NCBI GenBank assembly: GCA_040770225.1
Contig: JAXGJN010000004.1
Location: 34,919-98,918 of the forward strand
Length of the DNA: 64,000 nucleotides
From: Anaerolineaceae bacterium
GTDB lineage: Bacteria > Chloroflexota > Anaerolineae > Anaerolineales > Anaerolineaceae
Reading direction: 5' to 3'
Made by a program: the position numbers and the translations under genes. The notes beneath the pieces were generated by a model. It did not search any database. It was not told the DNA's origin and saw nothing but the letters and a program-made list of their open reading frames with translations. Positions 1 to 9,496 of the stretch are shown piece by piece. The stretch's first letter is position 1. Every line of letters starts with the position of its first letter.

Positions 1-1
1 T

Positions 2-436
2 GACTATTCCTCTGCACAGATCTACTTCGTGACCTTCAACTGTCATAACGATTTACATCTCCTTGGCGAAATATCAACTGTTAACCTTGACAATACCTTT
101 AAACCCTCTTCGATAGGACTTACAGCGGCCGAGTGTATTCGAGATATTCCGATTCACTACTCTGGTGTTGAAATACTTGATTATGTTGTCATGCCCAACC
201 ATATTCACCTTTTAATCTCCTTAATTAATGCTACTGAGATGGTAAATCTCTCTACCATCATAGCTGCATGCAAGTCAACCATAACTCGAAAGGTAAGAAT
301 AGATACTCCTGCCCTCCTCTTATGGCAAAAGTCATTTCATGATCATATTATTCGTGATGAAAAAGATTACCTGGTTCATGGTGAATACATCCAGGCAAAC
401 ATACAAAGATGGAGAAAAGACAAATACTATAGTTGA
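2..436 (+). CDS. REP-associated tyrosine transposase (RAYT, IS200/IS605 TnpA-like HUH enzyme); N-terminus runs off left edge
   Basis: Open in frame from base 2 (DYSSAQIYFVTFNC...). HUH motif in VVMPNHIHLLI. C-terminal Tyr motif HGEYIQANIQRW. GC-rich hairpin just downstream. Confidence 0.75.
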   Translation, partial: DYSSAQIYFVTFNCHNDLHLLGEISTVNLDNTFKPSSIGLTAAECIRDIPIHYSGVEILDYVVMPNHIHLLISLINATEMVNLSTIIAACKSTITRKVRIDTPALLLWQKSFHDHIIRDEKDYLVHGEYIQANIQRWRKDKYYS

Positions 437-463
437 GCTAAAACTATTGAAGATTTATAGACT

Positions 464-485
464 GGAACGCGCGGGTGCGCGTTCC
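464..485. repeat. REP-like hairpin GGAACGCGC-gggt-GCGCGTTCC followed by CTAC, flanking the RAYT gene
   Basis: Perfect 9-bp inverted repeat read directly; CTAC at 486-489. Confidence 0.6.
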
Positions 486-501
486 CTACGGTGATCAACC
501 T

Positions 502-1035
502 CTACAACACCACCACCATAAACACCCAAAGACCGATCATTACCACGCACAAAAAAAAGCGGGCGATGGCTGCGCTGCCATAACCAAATGCCAACGCTTT
601 GGTGCTCTCCCATGCTTTTTTCTTATCCTTCTCCAGCCGGTTGTATTCAATCAAAAAGAGTGTTCCCAGTGAAACCGCCAGACCACCCAGGGGTGTCAGC
701 AGAATCCCGCCAACGATCATGACGACCATCGTCACCAAAATCTCCCACCAGGGCACACCCCTCTTGCGCGTTCCTGATGCTCCCAGGATGTTATCAAGAA
801 GAGAGCCAATGATCATGATCAGGGTGTTGAAAACAAAGATCGCAATCGTTAGCCCAAATTGCCAGCCTTCATGGCTTTTATTGAACCCAACAAAGATCAC
901 CCAGATCAATTGCCCTATCCAGGCAACCGTCAGCCCTGGAAAGAACACCAGCAGCAGCCCGACCAAACCCACCAAATTTAAAAGCCCGCTTATCACAAGG
1001 ACCAAATAGTACAACCAGGTTGGACTGATAGTCAT
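502..1035 (-). CDS. DUF456-like integral membrane protein
   Basis: 177 aa, 4-5 hydrophobic helices, small-membrane-protein pattern; 4-nt overlap with serS stop. Confidence 0.5.
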   Translation of the reverse strand: MTISPTWLYYLVLVISGLLNLVGLVGLLLVFFPGLTVAWIGQLIWVIFVGFNKSHEGWQFGLTIAIFVFNTLIMIIGSLLDNILGASGTRKRGVPWWEILVTMVVMIVGGILLTPLGGLAVSLGTLFLIEYNRLEKDKKKAWESTKALAFGYGSAAIARFFLCVVMIGLWVFMVVVL

Positions 1036-2303
1036 TTTCGAATCACCTCAACCCCGCCCATGAGCGGTTTCAAGACTTCCGGCACCACGATGCTTCCATC
1101 CGCTTGCTGATAATTTTCCATTACAGCAATCAGCGTACGCGGTAAACCCAAACCTGAGCCATTGAGGGTATTTACAAACTGCAGTGCCGAGCCGTCAGCC
1201 GGACGATATTTGATATTCGCTCGCCGAGCCTGGAATTGACCGATATTGGAAATCGAGGAAACCTCCAGCCATTCCTGGCAGCCAGGTGCCCAGACCTCAA
1301 CATCATAAGTCTTGTGCGATCCAAAGCCCAGGTCGCCAGTGCATTGCAGGAGAACACGGTAGGTCAGACCCAGACCTTCGCAGGTGGCACAGGCATCTGC
1401 CACCATGTTATCCAACTCTTGTTCGGCATTCTCAGGCAGACAGTATTTGTACATTTCGACCTTGTCGAATTGATGTCCGCGTTTCATCCCGCGCACATCT
1501 CGACCTGCGCTCATTTTTTCGCGTCGGAAACAGGCAGTGTATGCGGTCAGGTTGAGAGGTAATTCGGATTCGTCCAAAACCTCGCCCATCATGATACCCG
1601 TGAGTGGAACTTCAGCAGTTGGCACCCACCAGTAGTCTTCTTCATGGTCGTGGTAGAGGTTTTCGGCAAATTTGGGTAGTTGACCAGAAGCAAACATGAC
1701 TTCTTCCCGCACCATCCAGGGTGGATAGAACTCCTTGTAGCCCTGGCGGATGTGAAGGTCCAGCATCCAGAAGATCAGGGCTCGCTGCAGGCGGGCGCCA
1801 GGACCCTCCAGGACATAAAAGCGTGTACCCGCTAACTTCACACCGGCTTCGAAATCGATAATTCCTAATTCAGGTCCCAGGTCCCAATGTGGTTTCGGTT
1901 CGAAATCAAAAACCTTCTTCTCACCCACAGTTCTGACAACCACGTTGTCCTTATCGTCAACACCAACGGGCACTGCCGGGTCGGGAATGTTGGGGATGGT
2001 GGCAACCTGGTAATACAGAATGGATTCCACACCTTTAAGCTGCTCATCCAAAGCGGTGATATCATCGCCCAATGTACGCATAGAGGCAATTTTTGCTTCA
2101 CGCTCTTCTTTGTCTTTCATGCGACCGATCTCTTTGGAAACCGCATTTCGTTCGGCTTTTTTGCTTTCCACGTCCAAAATCAAAGCCCTGCGCTTCTCAT
2201 CGAGCGCTACGATCTCTTCAATGAGGTCCGTGTCCATATGCCTCTTACGCAAGGCATTCTTGACCAGTTCGGTCTGTTCGCGAATTAATTTGATATCTAA
2301 CAT
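1032..2303 (-). CDS. serS: serine--tRNA ligase
   Basis: [10 protein letters not shown]... N-terminal coiled-coil arm plus class II core motifs ([12 protein letters not shown]). Confidence 0.97.
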   Translation of the reverse strand: MLDIKLIREQTELVKNALRKRHMDTDLIEEIVALDEKRRALILDVESKKAERNAVSKEIGRMKDKEEREAKIASMRTLGDDITALDEQLKGVESILYYQVATIPNIPDPAVPVGVDDKDNVVVRTVGEKKVFDFEPKPHWDLGPELGIIDFEAGVKLAGTRFYVLEGPGARLQRALIFWMLDLHIRQGYKEFYPPWMVREEVMFASGQLPKFAENLYHDHEEDYWWVPTAEVPLTGIMMGEVLDESELPLNLTAYTACFRREKMSAGRDVRGMKRGHQFDKVEMYKYCLPENAEQELDNMVADACATCEGLGLTYRVLLQCTGDLGFGSHKTYDVEVWAPGCQEWLEVSSISNIGQFQARRANIKYRPADGSALQFVNTLNGSGLGLPRTLIAVMENYQQADGSIVVPEVLKPLMGGVEVIRK

Positions 2304-2561
2304 GCTAACCTCTGAATGAACAATTTATTCCTTGATTGTACCCTCAAGGAGTAGTTACTAATGATATATCGCTGATATTGTCACTTTTGACCTGTTTGAT
2401 ACAAGCATCACCTTGCCGTCACCTAAGTGAAACGGAGCCTGCATTAGCTGGCAAACAAATTTTCAGACGAAGACTAACAGTCTTCGTTAAAAAGGTCGTT
2501 TGTCACAGAATATAATAATTTCAGAAAGACAAAGCCTGTTTGTTACAGTTTCGATCTGATT

Positions 2562-2828
2562 TTATTGTCCGTCGACCATTTTTTTCTTGATTGCAACCAG
2601 GTTCTGGTGAATCTCAAATACCACGATCAGCAATTCAGAATAGACTCTTGCCATTAATATGCCCAAAACGGCAATCAATGGTCCACCAATCAGACCACCT
2701 AGTGCCGGTCCGATGCTGTTTTGCTGGAAGGAGGAGATCACACCGCCAAAAAGCGCAACCAGACCACCAATTACCGATGCGACAATACCAATATAGAAAA
2801 GGATTTTGATGATTACGGGAGTGATCAT
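2562..2828 (-). CDS. DUF4282-like small membrane protein
   Basis: 88 aa, two Gly-rich TM helices, C-terminal RVYSELLIVVFEI motif. Confidence 0.5.
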   Translation of the reverse strand: MITPVIIKILFYIGIVASVIGGLVALFGGVISSFQQNSIGPALGGLIGGPLIAVLGILMARVYSELLIVVFEIHQNLVAIKKKMVDGQ

Positions 2829-2934
2829 CTTGTCAAAATTAAGCAGCGAACGGAAATTTATCAGAGCCTCCTTGTAAACTTATGTTACAACAATTTTACT
2901 GCCAGATCGCGCGATCTGACACCGTTGTACATTA

Positions 2935-3486
2935 TTAATAGAGACCTGGCACCCTGCCCTGTCGGAAAAAACCTGGATATGAACGCAAATCAAAAAACAG
3001 CCCGATCAAACTGGAATGGTAGGGTAAGAATTCACCGCTTCTGATCATCGCCAAAATCGTCTCCTGGTCTGCCCATTTAACTGCTGTGACCTCTTCAGCC
3101 TGCAATTGCAATTCGGCGAGCTTAAGGTTGAGGTGGATCAGGTAAACATCATCAAACCCGTATGCAAAGTTGATCGTCAAAGCTGGTCTGACTTCGCTGA
3201 AATCAAAATCAATACCCAGTTCTTCCAATAACTCCCGTTGGGCAGCCTGCCAGCTGGAATCACCTTTTTGGGCTGCTCCACCTACACTAACATCCCACGA
3301 CCCTGCCCAAAAGCCCTTTTGCTGGCTGCGTTTTTGGATCAACATCTGCCCTTCCTGGTTAAAAATACAGATATGAACCACCAGATGGTAGCGACCAATG
3401 GGTGGCTTTTGCCCTCGCGGCATTACCTCGCCGGTTGGGAATCGGTCGCGATCGTATAGATCAAAAATTTCCATCACGCTTCCCAT
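2935..3486 (-). CDS. NUDIX hydrolase (IDI-like subgroup)
   Basis: Nudix box GGAAQKGDSSWQAAQRELLEELGI. Confidence 0.8.
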   Translation of the reverse strand: MGSVMEIFDLYDRDRFPTGEVMPRGQKPPIGRYHLVVHICIFNQEGQMLIQKRSQQKGFWAGSWDVSVGGAAQKGDSSWQAAQRELLEELGIDFDFSEVRPALTINFAYGFDDVYLIHLNLKLAELQLQAEEVTAVKWADQETILAMIRSGEFLPYHSSLIGLFFDLRSYPGFFRQGRVPGLY

Positions 3487-3599
3487 TTTATCACCGTGAA
3501 CGGGTTTGAAAACCGCTCTTACCTGATTACACGGTCATTTTGACCGGCAGGAATGCACATTACGCCCTCCCCAATTTCCCTTTTGATATAATTGCCGGC

Positions 3600-4184
3600 A
3601 TGTCCAGAAGCCACAAATTTGTAATTCTCGCCGACACACACGTTGGTGACCGCACCAAGGTTCTTGAACCGGTCCTTTTCAGTGCGATCCAAAAAGAACG
3701 CCCTGACCAGATTTTTCACGCTGGTGATGTTTGCACGCCTGAGGTGATCGCACAACTGGAAACCATCGCCCCAACCTTGGCTGTGCAGGGTAACAGGGAT
3801 TGGTTTTTGGGCTACAAATTACCCAAAGAAATCCATCTGGAAGTGAATGGGCTGAAGATTACACTCGCTCATGGACATTTCAGCATTTGGCACTGGTTCT
3901 GGAATTATGTACGCCTCTTTTTAACGAGGGAAGCCCTGAACAACCGATATTTTCAGCGAGAATTAGCCAGGCAATACCCACAAGCGGATATCATTATCTA
4001 TGGTCATTTACATTATTCTGCCAATGAGTCCATGGATGGCAAGCATTTTCTCAATCCGGGGGTTGGTTACCCGGAATGGCGTAATAATTTCCACCCAGGC
4101 TACATCATTCTGACGGTCGATGCAGATGGTACCTTTGGCACTTCATTGAAATTCGTAAACCCACAGCCTGAGACAACTGTATAA
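3600..4184 (+). CDS. metallophosphoesterase (YfcE/MJ0936-like)
   Basis: Motifs ADTHVGD, HAGD, GNRD, HGH, GHLH. ATG at 3600 preferred over the TTG at 3540 because the family starts right at the DxH motif. Confidence 0.8.
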   Translation: MSRSHKFVILADTHVGDRTKVLEPVLFSAIQKERPDQIFHAGDVCTPEVIAQLETIAPTLAVQGNRDWFLGYKLPKEIHLEVNGLKITLAHGHFSIWHWFWNYVRLFLTREALNNRYFQRELARQYPQADIIIYGHLHYSANESMDGKHFLNPGVGYPEWRNNFHPGYIILTVDADGTFGTSLKFVNPQPETTV

Positions 4185-4191
4185 TCGGCAT

Positions 4192-4986
4192 ATGACCAAT
4201 CTTCCACCTATCCAATCGTCCCAAAACCCTAAGATCCAATTGGTAAGGGCGCTGATGAATCAGGGCAAAGCCCGCCTTAAACATCAAGCTTTTATCGCTG
4301 AAGGAGTTCGTCTGCTGGAAGACGGCTTGCGGTCTGATGTTCCTCTCAAATTTGTGCTCGCCAAGCAGACCCCTTCCACTCGTTCAGCCAGCCTGCTCAA
4401 GGAATTGGTCAATAAGGGGGTAGAAGTCCACCTGGTGGACGACCAGTTGTTTGATTCACTCAGCGGTACAGAGCACTCTCAGGGCATTCTGGGGGTGTTT
4501 GAATTGAAGTCGTTTGCCTTGCCAGAAAGACCAGACTTTTTTATCGTGCCCGATCAATTGCGAGACCCTGGTAATCTGGGCACCATTTTACGGTCAGCTG
4601 AGGCTGCCGGGGCGCAGGCTGTGTTACTTCCTCCGGGAAACACAGATGCCTTTGCACCAAAAGTGGTTCGTTCCGGGATGGGAGCACATTTTCGTTTACC
4701 AATCCATCACTTCCCTTGGGACGTGATTGAACATCTACTGCATGGGCTGGCAGTTTTTCATGCTGACATGCAGGGCGATCAAATTTGCTGGCAGGCAAAT
4801 TTCAGACAGCCGCTGGCATTGCTGATCGGCGGTGAAGCTGAAGGCATCAGTCCTGAAGGTGCCCGGCTGGCGACCTCCAGCGTGCGCATACCGATGGCTG
4901 GAGAAACTGAATCTCTGAATGCTGCCATCAGTGCCAGTTTGTTGATGTTTGAAGTTTTCCGTCAACGCTGCGGGAGCAAAGCATGA
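4192..4986 (+). CDS. TrmH/SpoU-family RNA 2'-O-methyltransferase (RlmB-like)
   Basis: PGNLGTILRSAEAAGA, LLIGGEAEGIS, ESLNAAISASLLMFE SPOUT motifs. Confidence 0.85.
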   Translation: MTNLPPIQSSQNPKIQLVRALMNQGKARLKHQAFIAEGVRLLEDGLRSDVPLKFVLAKQTPSTRSASLLKELVNKGVEVHLVDDQLFDSLSGTEHSQGILGVFELKSFALPERPDFFIVPDQLRDPGNLGTILRSAEAAGAQAVLLPPGNTDAFAPKVVRSGMGAHFRLPIHHFPWDVIEHLLHGLAVFHADMQGDQICWQANFRQPLALLIGGEAEGISPEGARLATSSVRIPMAGETESLNAAISASLLMFEVFRQRCGSKA

Positions 4987-6191
4987 AAATTAGGTCCATC
5001 ACGGTCTTTTGTCAACCGGGCTTTCCGGTCAACCGCTTGCTCCTTCAGCAAGTCGGGATTTTTGCCAACCACGCCCGCAAGCTCTTCAAGGATAACGGCT
5101 TTGAAGTCCAATCGCTGCGCCTGGCAACGCCGCCCTTCGAGCAGTTCATCGCTCCTGTTGACCTGGCTATGGCTGCGCAAAGCTATGCAATAGAAGCCCA
5201 TGCCGATGGTTTTGAATATATTTCCTTGGGTCCGGTTTCAGCCAGTTCAAAAGCTTGGGAGGTGATCCCGCAGGCTCTTGCCCAAAGCGACCGCATATTT
5301 TTAAGCGGCAGCCTTACTACTTCTGAAGGTGCTCTCAGCTTGCACGCAGCCAGGGCATGTGCCGAGACGATTGTGCGTCTCTCCACCCTTGAACAGAACG
5401 GTTTTGCGAATTTACGCTTCTGCGCTTTGGCGAATGTGCCTGCGAACACACCCTTCTTTCCCGCTGCCTATGCGCAGCCCGGACGACCATCCTTTGCCTT
5501 GGCTTTGGAAGCTGCGGATCTGGCGCTCCAGGCTTTCACACTGGCCCGCACCTTTCAGGAAGCTTCCATCAATTTGGTGACAGAGATCGAGAAACGTGCC
5601 CAACAATTGGAAGAAATAGGTAATCGTCTCAGTCAAATGTACAACTACGAGTTCAGAGGGCTCGATTTCACCCTGGCACCCTTCCCGGAAGATGCAATAT
5701 CGATTGGAAGAGCCTTGGAGAGCCTGGGTTTGCAAGCCTTTGGCAAGCCAGGAAGTTTACTTGCATCTGCCTTTCTGACCAGCACGCTCGACCAGGCTCA
5801 GTTCAAGCGCACCGGTTTTAACGGATTGATGCTGCCTGTCTTGGAAGACAGCGGTCTGGCGAACAGCGCAACTGATGGTAATCTGAGCCTGAGGGATTTG
5901 CTTTTATTCTCCTCCGTCTGTGGCGCTGGTCTGGATGTGATCCCGCTCCCGGGCGAGACTACAGCAGAAGAGTTGACTCCCATCCTGCTGGATCTGGCTG
6001 CCCTGTCCTTGCGCCTCAACAAAGCCCTCACAGCCCGCCTGATGCCTATCCCCGGCAAAAAAGCTGGTGAAATGACCGCCTTTGACTTTGCCTTTTTCGC
6101 CAACAGCCGGATTTTACCGGTAAACTCAGCACCTTTGCAGGGGAAACTTATAGGGAACGAAGAGATTGAGATAAAGGCGAGAAAAGCCTAA
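4983..6191 (+). CDS. DUF711 (UPF0210-like) family protein
   Basis: 402 aa starting MKIRSITVF; overlaps upstream stop by 4 nt; family assignment from memory. Confidence 0.55.
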   Translation: MKIRSITVFCQPGFPVNRLLLQQVGIFANHARKLFKDNGFEVQSLRLATPPFEQFIAPVDLAMAAQSYAIEAHADGFEYISLGPVSASSKAWEVIPQALAQSDRIFLSGSLTTSEGALSLHAARACAETIVRLSTLEQNGFANLRFCALANVPANTPFFPAAYAQPGRPSFALALEAADLALQAFTLARTFQEASINLVTEIEKRAQQLEEIGNRLSQMYNYEFRGLDFTLAPFPEDAISIGRALESLGLQAFGKPGSLLASAFLTSTLDQAQFKRTGFNGLMLPVLEDSGLANSATDGNLSLRDLLLFSSVCGAGLDVIPLPGETTAEELTPILLDLAALSLRLNKALTARLMPIPGKKAGEMTAFDFAFFANSRILPVNSAPLQGKLIGNEEIEIKARKA

Positions 6192-6227
6192 GACAAACCT
6201 CTATTCCTCTGAAATTGGAAGATAGCG

Positions 6228-6980
6228 TTATTCTGAAATTTCCTGGACTTGTTTGTAATTCACGAGCAGCAGGTTGCCGTCACATTCACCGCTGATACTG
6301 AGCCTTACTTTTGCCGAGAGGGGATTACCAAATTCATCAAAGAGTTGGATATAAAGCGTGTCTGTTTTGATCTGTTGGTTATCGATCACAAAACCATAAC
6401 CGCTCTGTCCATAAATTTCCACCTCACCAGATTCGCTGGAAAGGTCCACAATCCCTCCACCATAGCTGCCGGTCAATTTTACAATTAATCCCTTCAATGG
6501 CGATTCGCGTAAATCCCACACTTCTCCACCGATAAACAAATATTCTTCGCAGGCGTAACGATCGTAAAGCAGCGTGTGGGGGAAAGCTTCGGGTGTGCCC
6601 CGGATTACAAAGGCAGCAGACCACGGGGTGGATGTGGCTGTAGGAGGCGCGGTTATGGTAGGTGCTGGGGTATCGCTGGGGATTAAGACCACCTGCTGTG
6701 TTGCAGTTGCAGATTGTGTTTCAATACCAACGGGGGTAACAAAGTAATTGACTGTTGCCTCCTCTGGCGTAGGTTCATATGGCGGCGTGATCTGCGCTTC
6801 AAATGGAGATGGGATGATTCCGATCAACATCAGAACCACAACTGCAATAACAGCAAAAAGAAATATTACCGCGCCAATACCGCTGCACCCCGATTTTTTT
6901 GGTTCTGGCTCCGTCCGCCGCACTGCCATTGGGCGAGTGGAGTAAGGTTGTTGGTTGGAGGTGCGGCGATTCTGGCTCAT
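6228..6980 (-). CDS. hypothetical membrane-anchored protein
   Basis: Start placed at the ATG forming an ATGA overlap with the PPIase stop (6977-6980). One TM, PT-rich linker, beta-rich C-terminus. Confidence 0.5.
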   Translation of the reverse strand: MSQNRRTSNQQPYSTRPMAVRRTEPEPKKSGCSGIGAVIFLFAVIAVVVLMLIGIIPSPFEAQITPPYEPTPEEATVNYFVTPVGIETQSATATQQVVLIPSDTPAPTITAPPTATSTPWSAAFVIRGTPEAFPHTLLYDRYACEEYLFIGGEVWDLRESPLKGLIVKLTGSYGGGIVDLSSESGEVEIYGQSGYGFVIDNQQIKTDTLYIQLFDEFGNPLSAKVRLSISGECDGNLLLVNYKQVQEISE

Positions 6981-7906
6981 GGCAAATTGATCACAATCTG
7001 GGCTGTTGAACGAGCCTGGGCAAGCCAATCTACCAGGGCTTTGTTTTGGAGGGAAATTCTGGCATCAGTTGTAAGGGGGTGCTCGGTTTCGTGTTCAAGC
7101 ACGAGCAGAATATGATAACCAATTTCCGACTGGATAATTCCCGAATAACTTCCTGGTTCCAGGGAAAAAGCAGCCTCCTCAACTTCCGGATAAAGCAGGT
7201 AACCTCTTGGGAACCAACCCAACTCACCGCCTGATTCAGGGCTGTAGTCCCAAGCCAGGGTGTCGAAATCTGCACCAGCATTTAGACTGTTGAAGGCACG
7301 ATCTGCGCCTGCCTGGGTGTTGGCGAAGATCTGTTGAGCGCGTACTTGTTCAACAGCCTCCGGCACAGACTGGGCGATCTGGTCGCGCTGCCAGGCGGCT
7401 TCCATGGATAGCAGCAGTGCCAGGCGGAATTCGGTATCGTCGTAATGATTGGTCTGCATCCACTCCGTCAATGCCCCACCGGATCCAAGCTCGCTTACCA
7501 GTTGATCGATCCGCTCTTGCAGTTGCTGGTCAGTCACCTGGAAGCCGTTTTGCCGGGCTGCCTGCGAGAGTAATTGCTGGTCGACCAGGTAGTCGAGTAC
7601 GCTTTGGTTAATATCTGCGTCTGTTGGCTGCACAGATTGGTCTGTCAGACTGTCACGGTACCGCAAAATCTCATTTTGATAATAGGTCAAAGGAATGCTC
7701 TCCCCATTAACACTGATCGGAGAAGGTATCTCTGTAGCAGTTGGGAATACTTCTGGAGCAGTCGTTGAAACTACCACGGTTGGTAAATCAGTTGTGGGCG
7801 CTGGCTCTGTGGCTGGGGGTTCCTGGACTGGTTCACAAGCCGAAAGGAAAACGTTGAGGATCAGCAGAAAACTGATAAGTAGCAGAGATGTACTGCGTTT
7901 TTGCAT
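6977..7906 (-). CDS. PpiC/parvulin-type peptidyl-prolyl isomerase lipoprotein (PrsA/SurA-like)
   Basis: Lipobox FLSAC; parvulin core GGELGWFPRG...GYHILLV. Confidence 0.8.
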   Translation of the reverse strand: MQKRSTSLLLISFLLILNVFLSACEPVQEPPATEPAPTTDLPTVVVSTTAPEVFPTATEIPSPISVNGESIPLTYYQNEILRYRDSLTDQSVQPTDADINQSVLDYLVDQQLLSQAARQNGFQVTDQQLQERIDQLVSELGSGGALTEWMQTNHYDDTEFRLALLLSMEAAWQRDQIAQSVPEAVEQVRAQQIFANTQAGADRAFNSLNAGADFDTLAWDYSPESGGELGWFPRGYLLYPEVEEAAFSLEPGSYSGIIQSEIGYHILLVLEHETEHPLTTDARISLQNKALVDWLAQARSTAQIVINLP

Positions 7907-8077
7907 GTGCCTATTATACCCACTCTTCCGTCAGGTAATAAGTGGATGTTTGTTACAATGACAAGGTAAGCTTTGTTTTACGATTTTGCAAAAATGGTAT
8001 ACTTGACAAAACAATTGTTGACAGATTCTTATCTGTTAACTCACCTTTCTATTGAAATGGATTGAGAGGAATTTATT

Positions 8078-8815
8078 ATGGCAAAGAAACGCTCCGGGAG
8101 TCTGTTATCTTCCTATAGAAAAAAACGACGTAACAATAGGTCTGTTCTGTTGATTTTGGCAGCCTTACTGATTATTGCCGGTCTGGCAGTATTGGCATTA
8201 TGGGCAACTGGTGTGATCGGTGAGGGACCGGGATTGTTCAGTACCAAAACTCCCACACCCACTATGACCCTGACCCCAACCCCAGTAACCCCGACCAGTA
8301 CGGCGACCATCACCTCAACTCCAACCGAGACACCGACCATTACACCCACCGCCACGCTTGACGGACCTTTTGATTACATCGTTCAAGCAGATGATTTTGT
8401 CTGTGCCAATATTGCTGAGAAGTTTAATGTTGACCTGGACTTGCTGCTCTACGTCAACGGGCTTGGTCTGGGTGATCAATGTATCATCCGCGAAGGCGAC
8501 ATCATCAAGATCCCGGCTCCCTGGCAGCAAATGCCTACCTCCACGCTGGTCCCAACGGATCTGGCTGTGGGTACCATCATCGACTACTATGTCGAACCTG
8601 GTGCCACCCTGGCTTCTGTAGCGGTTTTCTATCGTTCCACAGTTGCCCAGATCATTGCAGAAACTAACCGTTACCGCACCGCCAATGGTATTACCCCGGC
8701 GTTAACAGAAACCACCAGCCTGATGATTGGCGACTTACTTAAAGTGCCGGCAAACATTGCCACACCCATTCCAACCGCAACCCCAACCCGGACGGTCACC
8801 CCAACCGCACCGTAG
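8078..8815 (+). CDS. LysM-domain protein with TM anchor and TP-rich linkers
   Basis: Two LysM-like segments (YIVQADDFVCANIAEKFNV...GDIIKIP; YYVEPGATLASVAVFY...GDLLKVP). Confidence 0.75.
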   Translation: MAKKRSGSLLSSYRKKRRNNRSVLLILAALLIIAGLAVLALWATGVIGEGPGLFSTKTPTPTMTLTPTPVTPTSTATITSTPTETPTITPTATLDGPFDYIVQADDFVCANIAEKFNVDLDLLLYVNGLGLGDQCIIREGDIIKIPAPWQQMPTSTLVPTDLAVGTIIDYYVEPGATLASVAVFYRSTVAQIIAETNRYRTANGITPALTETTSLMIGDLLKVPANIATPIPTATPTRTVTPTAP

Positions 8816-8831
8816 AAAGATCTGAAGAACT

Positions 8832-8865
8832 AAAAAAACTCTCTCAGTACGAGAGAGTTTTTTTG
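8832..8865. terminator. bidirectional rho-independent terminator between convergent LysM gene and V-ATPase operon
   Basis: A-run, ACTCTCTC-agtac-GAGAGAGT, T-run. Confidence 0.8.
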
Positions 8866-8868
8866 TCT

Positions 8869-9495
8869 TTAGGCTAATTGTTCTTTGGATTTTTGCAGCC
8901 ATTGTAATCGAAATATTTCTTCTCGGTCCTGTTCCTCAAGGGTTTCTTCAATATAATGGATAGTTTCTTCATAATCTGGGATAAAAATTTTTGATAGTGC
9001 GTTTACTCTTCGTTGAGTCTTCTTTAATTCACTTGCCAAGCGACGGATGCTAATTTGATTTGAAGTGGTTGCTGGTATTTCCTCAGCAATCTGCCGAAAT
9101 GATCTGGCTGCTGCATCTAAAGCAACAGTAGTTGCGCCCATACCATAAGTCAATTCTTGAGTAGATCTTACTTCTTTTACTCTTGGTAACGGAACCCCCA
9201 TCATGCCATAGTAAACTATATCAACTTCAACACTTTCTGGCACCGACAAAGCAGCCCATAAAACTTGTTCTTCTCCCATCGTCAAACGAGCAATCTCGAT
9301 AGTTTGATATGCAGTTTGCATCAGGCTTTGGATATGTATTTGTTGTTGCTCTGCCTTTTCCACTAAACCCATCAACTCTATAGTTAATGCTTCCCGTTTT
9401 TTATCAAGAATGCTATAACCTTCTTTTGCAAATTGAAGAGAGGTTTTTAGGCGAATAAGATTCGATCGGGTTGGCGCAAGTTTGAGCAGAGTCAT
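8869..9495 (-). CDS. atpD: V-type ATP synthase subunit D
   Basis: LAPTRSNLIRLKTSLQFAKEGYSILDKKREAL signature; last gene of operon. Confidence 0.9.
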   Translation of the reverse strand: MTLLKLAPTRSNLIRLKTSLQFAKEGYSILDKKREALTIELMGLVEKAEQQQIHIQSLMQTAYQTIEIARLTMGEEQVLWAALSVPESVEVDIVYYGMMGVPLPRVKEVRSTQELTYGMGATTVALDAAARSFRQIAEEIPATTSNQISIRRLASELKKTQRRVNALSKIFIPDYEETIHYIEETLEEQDREEIFRLQWLQKSKEQLA

Positions 9496-9496
9496 T

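Noticed and set aside
2304-2561. T-box leader upstream of serS
   Set aside because: I looked on the minus strand for the conserved T-box sequence and a terminator/antiterminator pair. I found only one hairpin (ACGAAGACT/AGTCTTCGT) without a T-run and no T-box motif.
3540-3599. N-terminal extensions offered by the ORF track (3540, 20634, 27012, 40270, 7028, 44440)
   Set aside because: Internal starts have better RBSs, give ATGA/GTGA coupling with neighbours, or match family N-termini. The extended versions overlap neighbours or add non-homologous residues.
8113-8355. 80-aa ORF of VGV repeats
   Set aside because: It is the reverse-complement reading of the TP-rich linker of the LysM protein.
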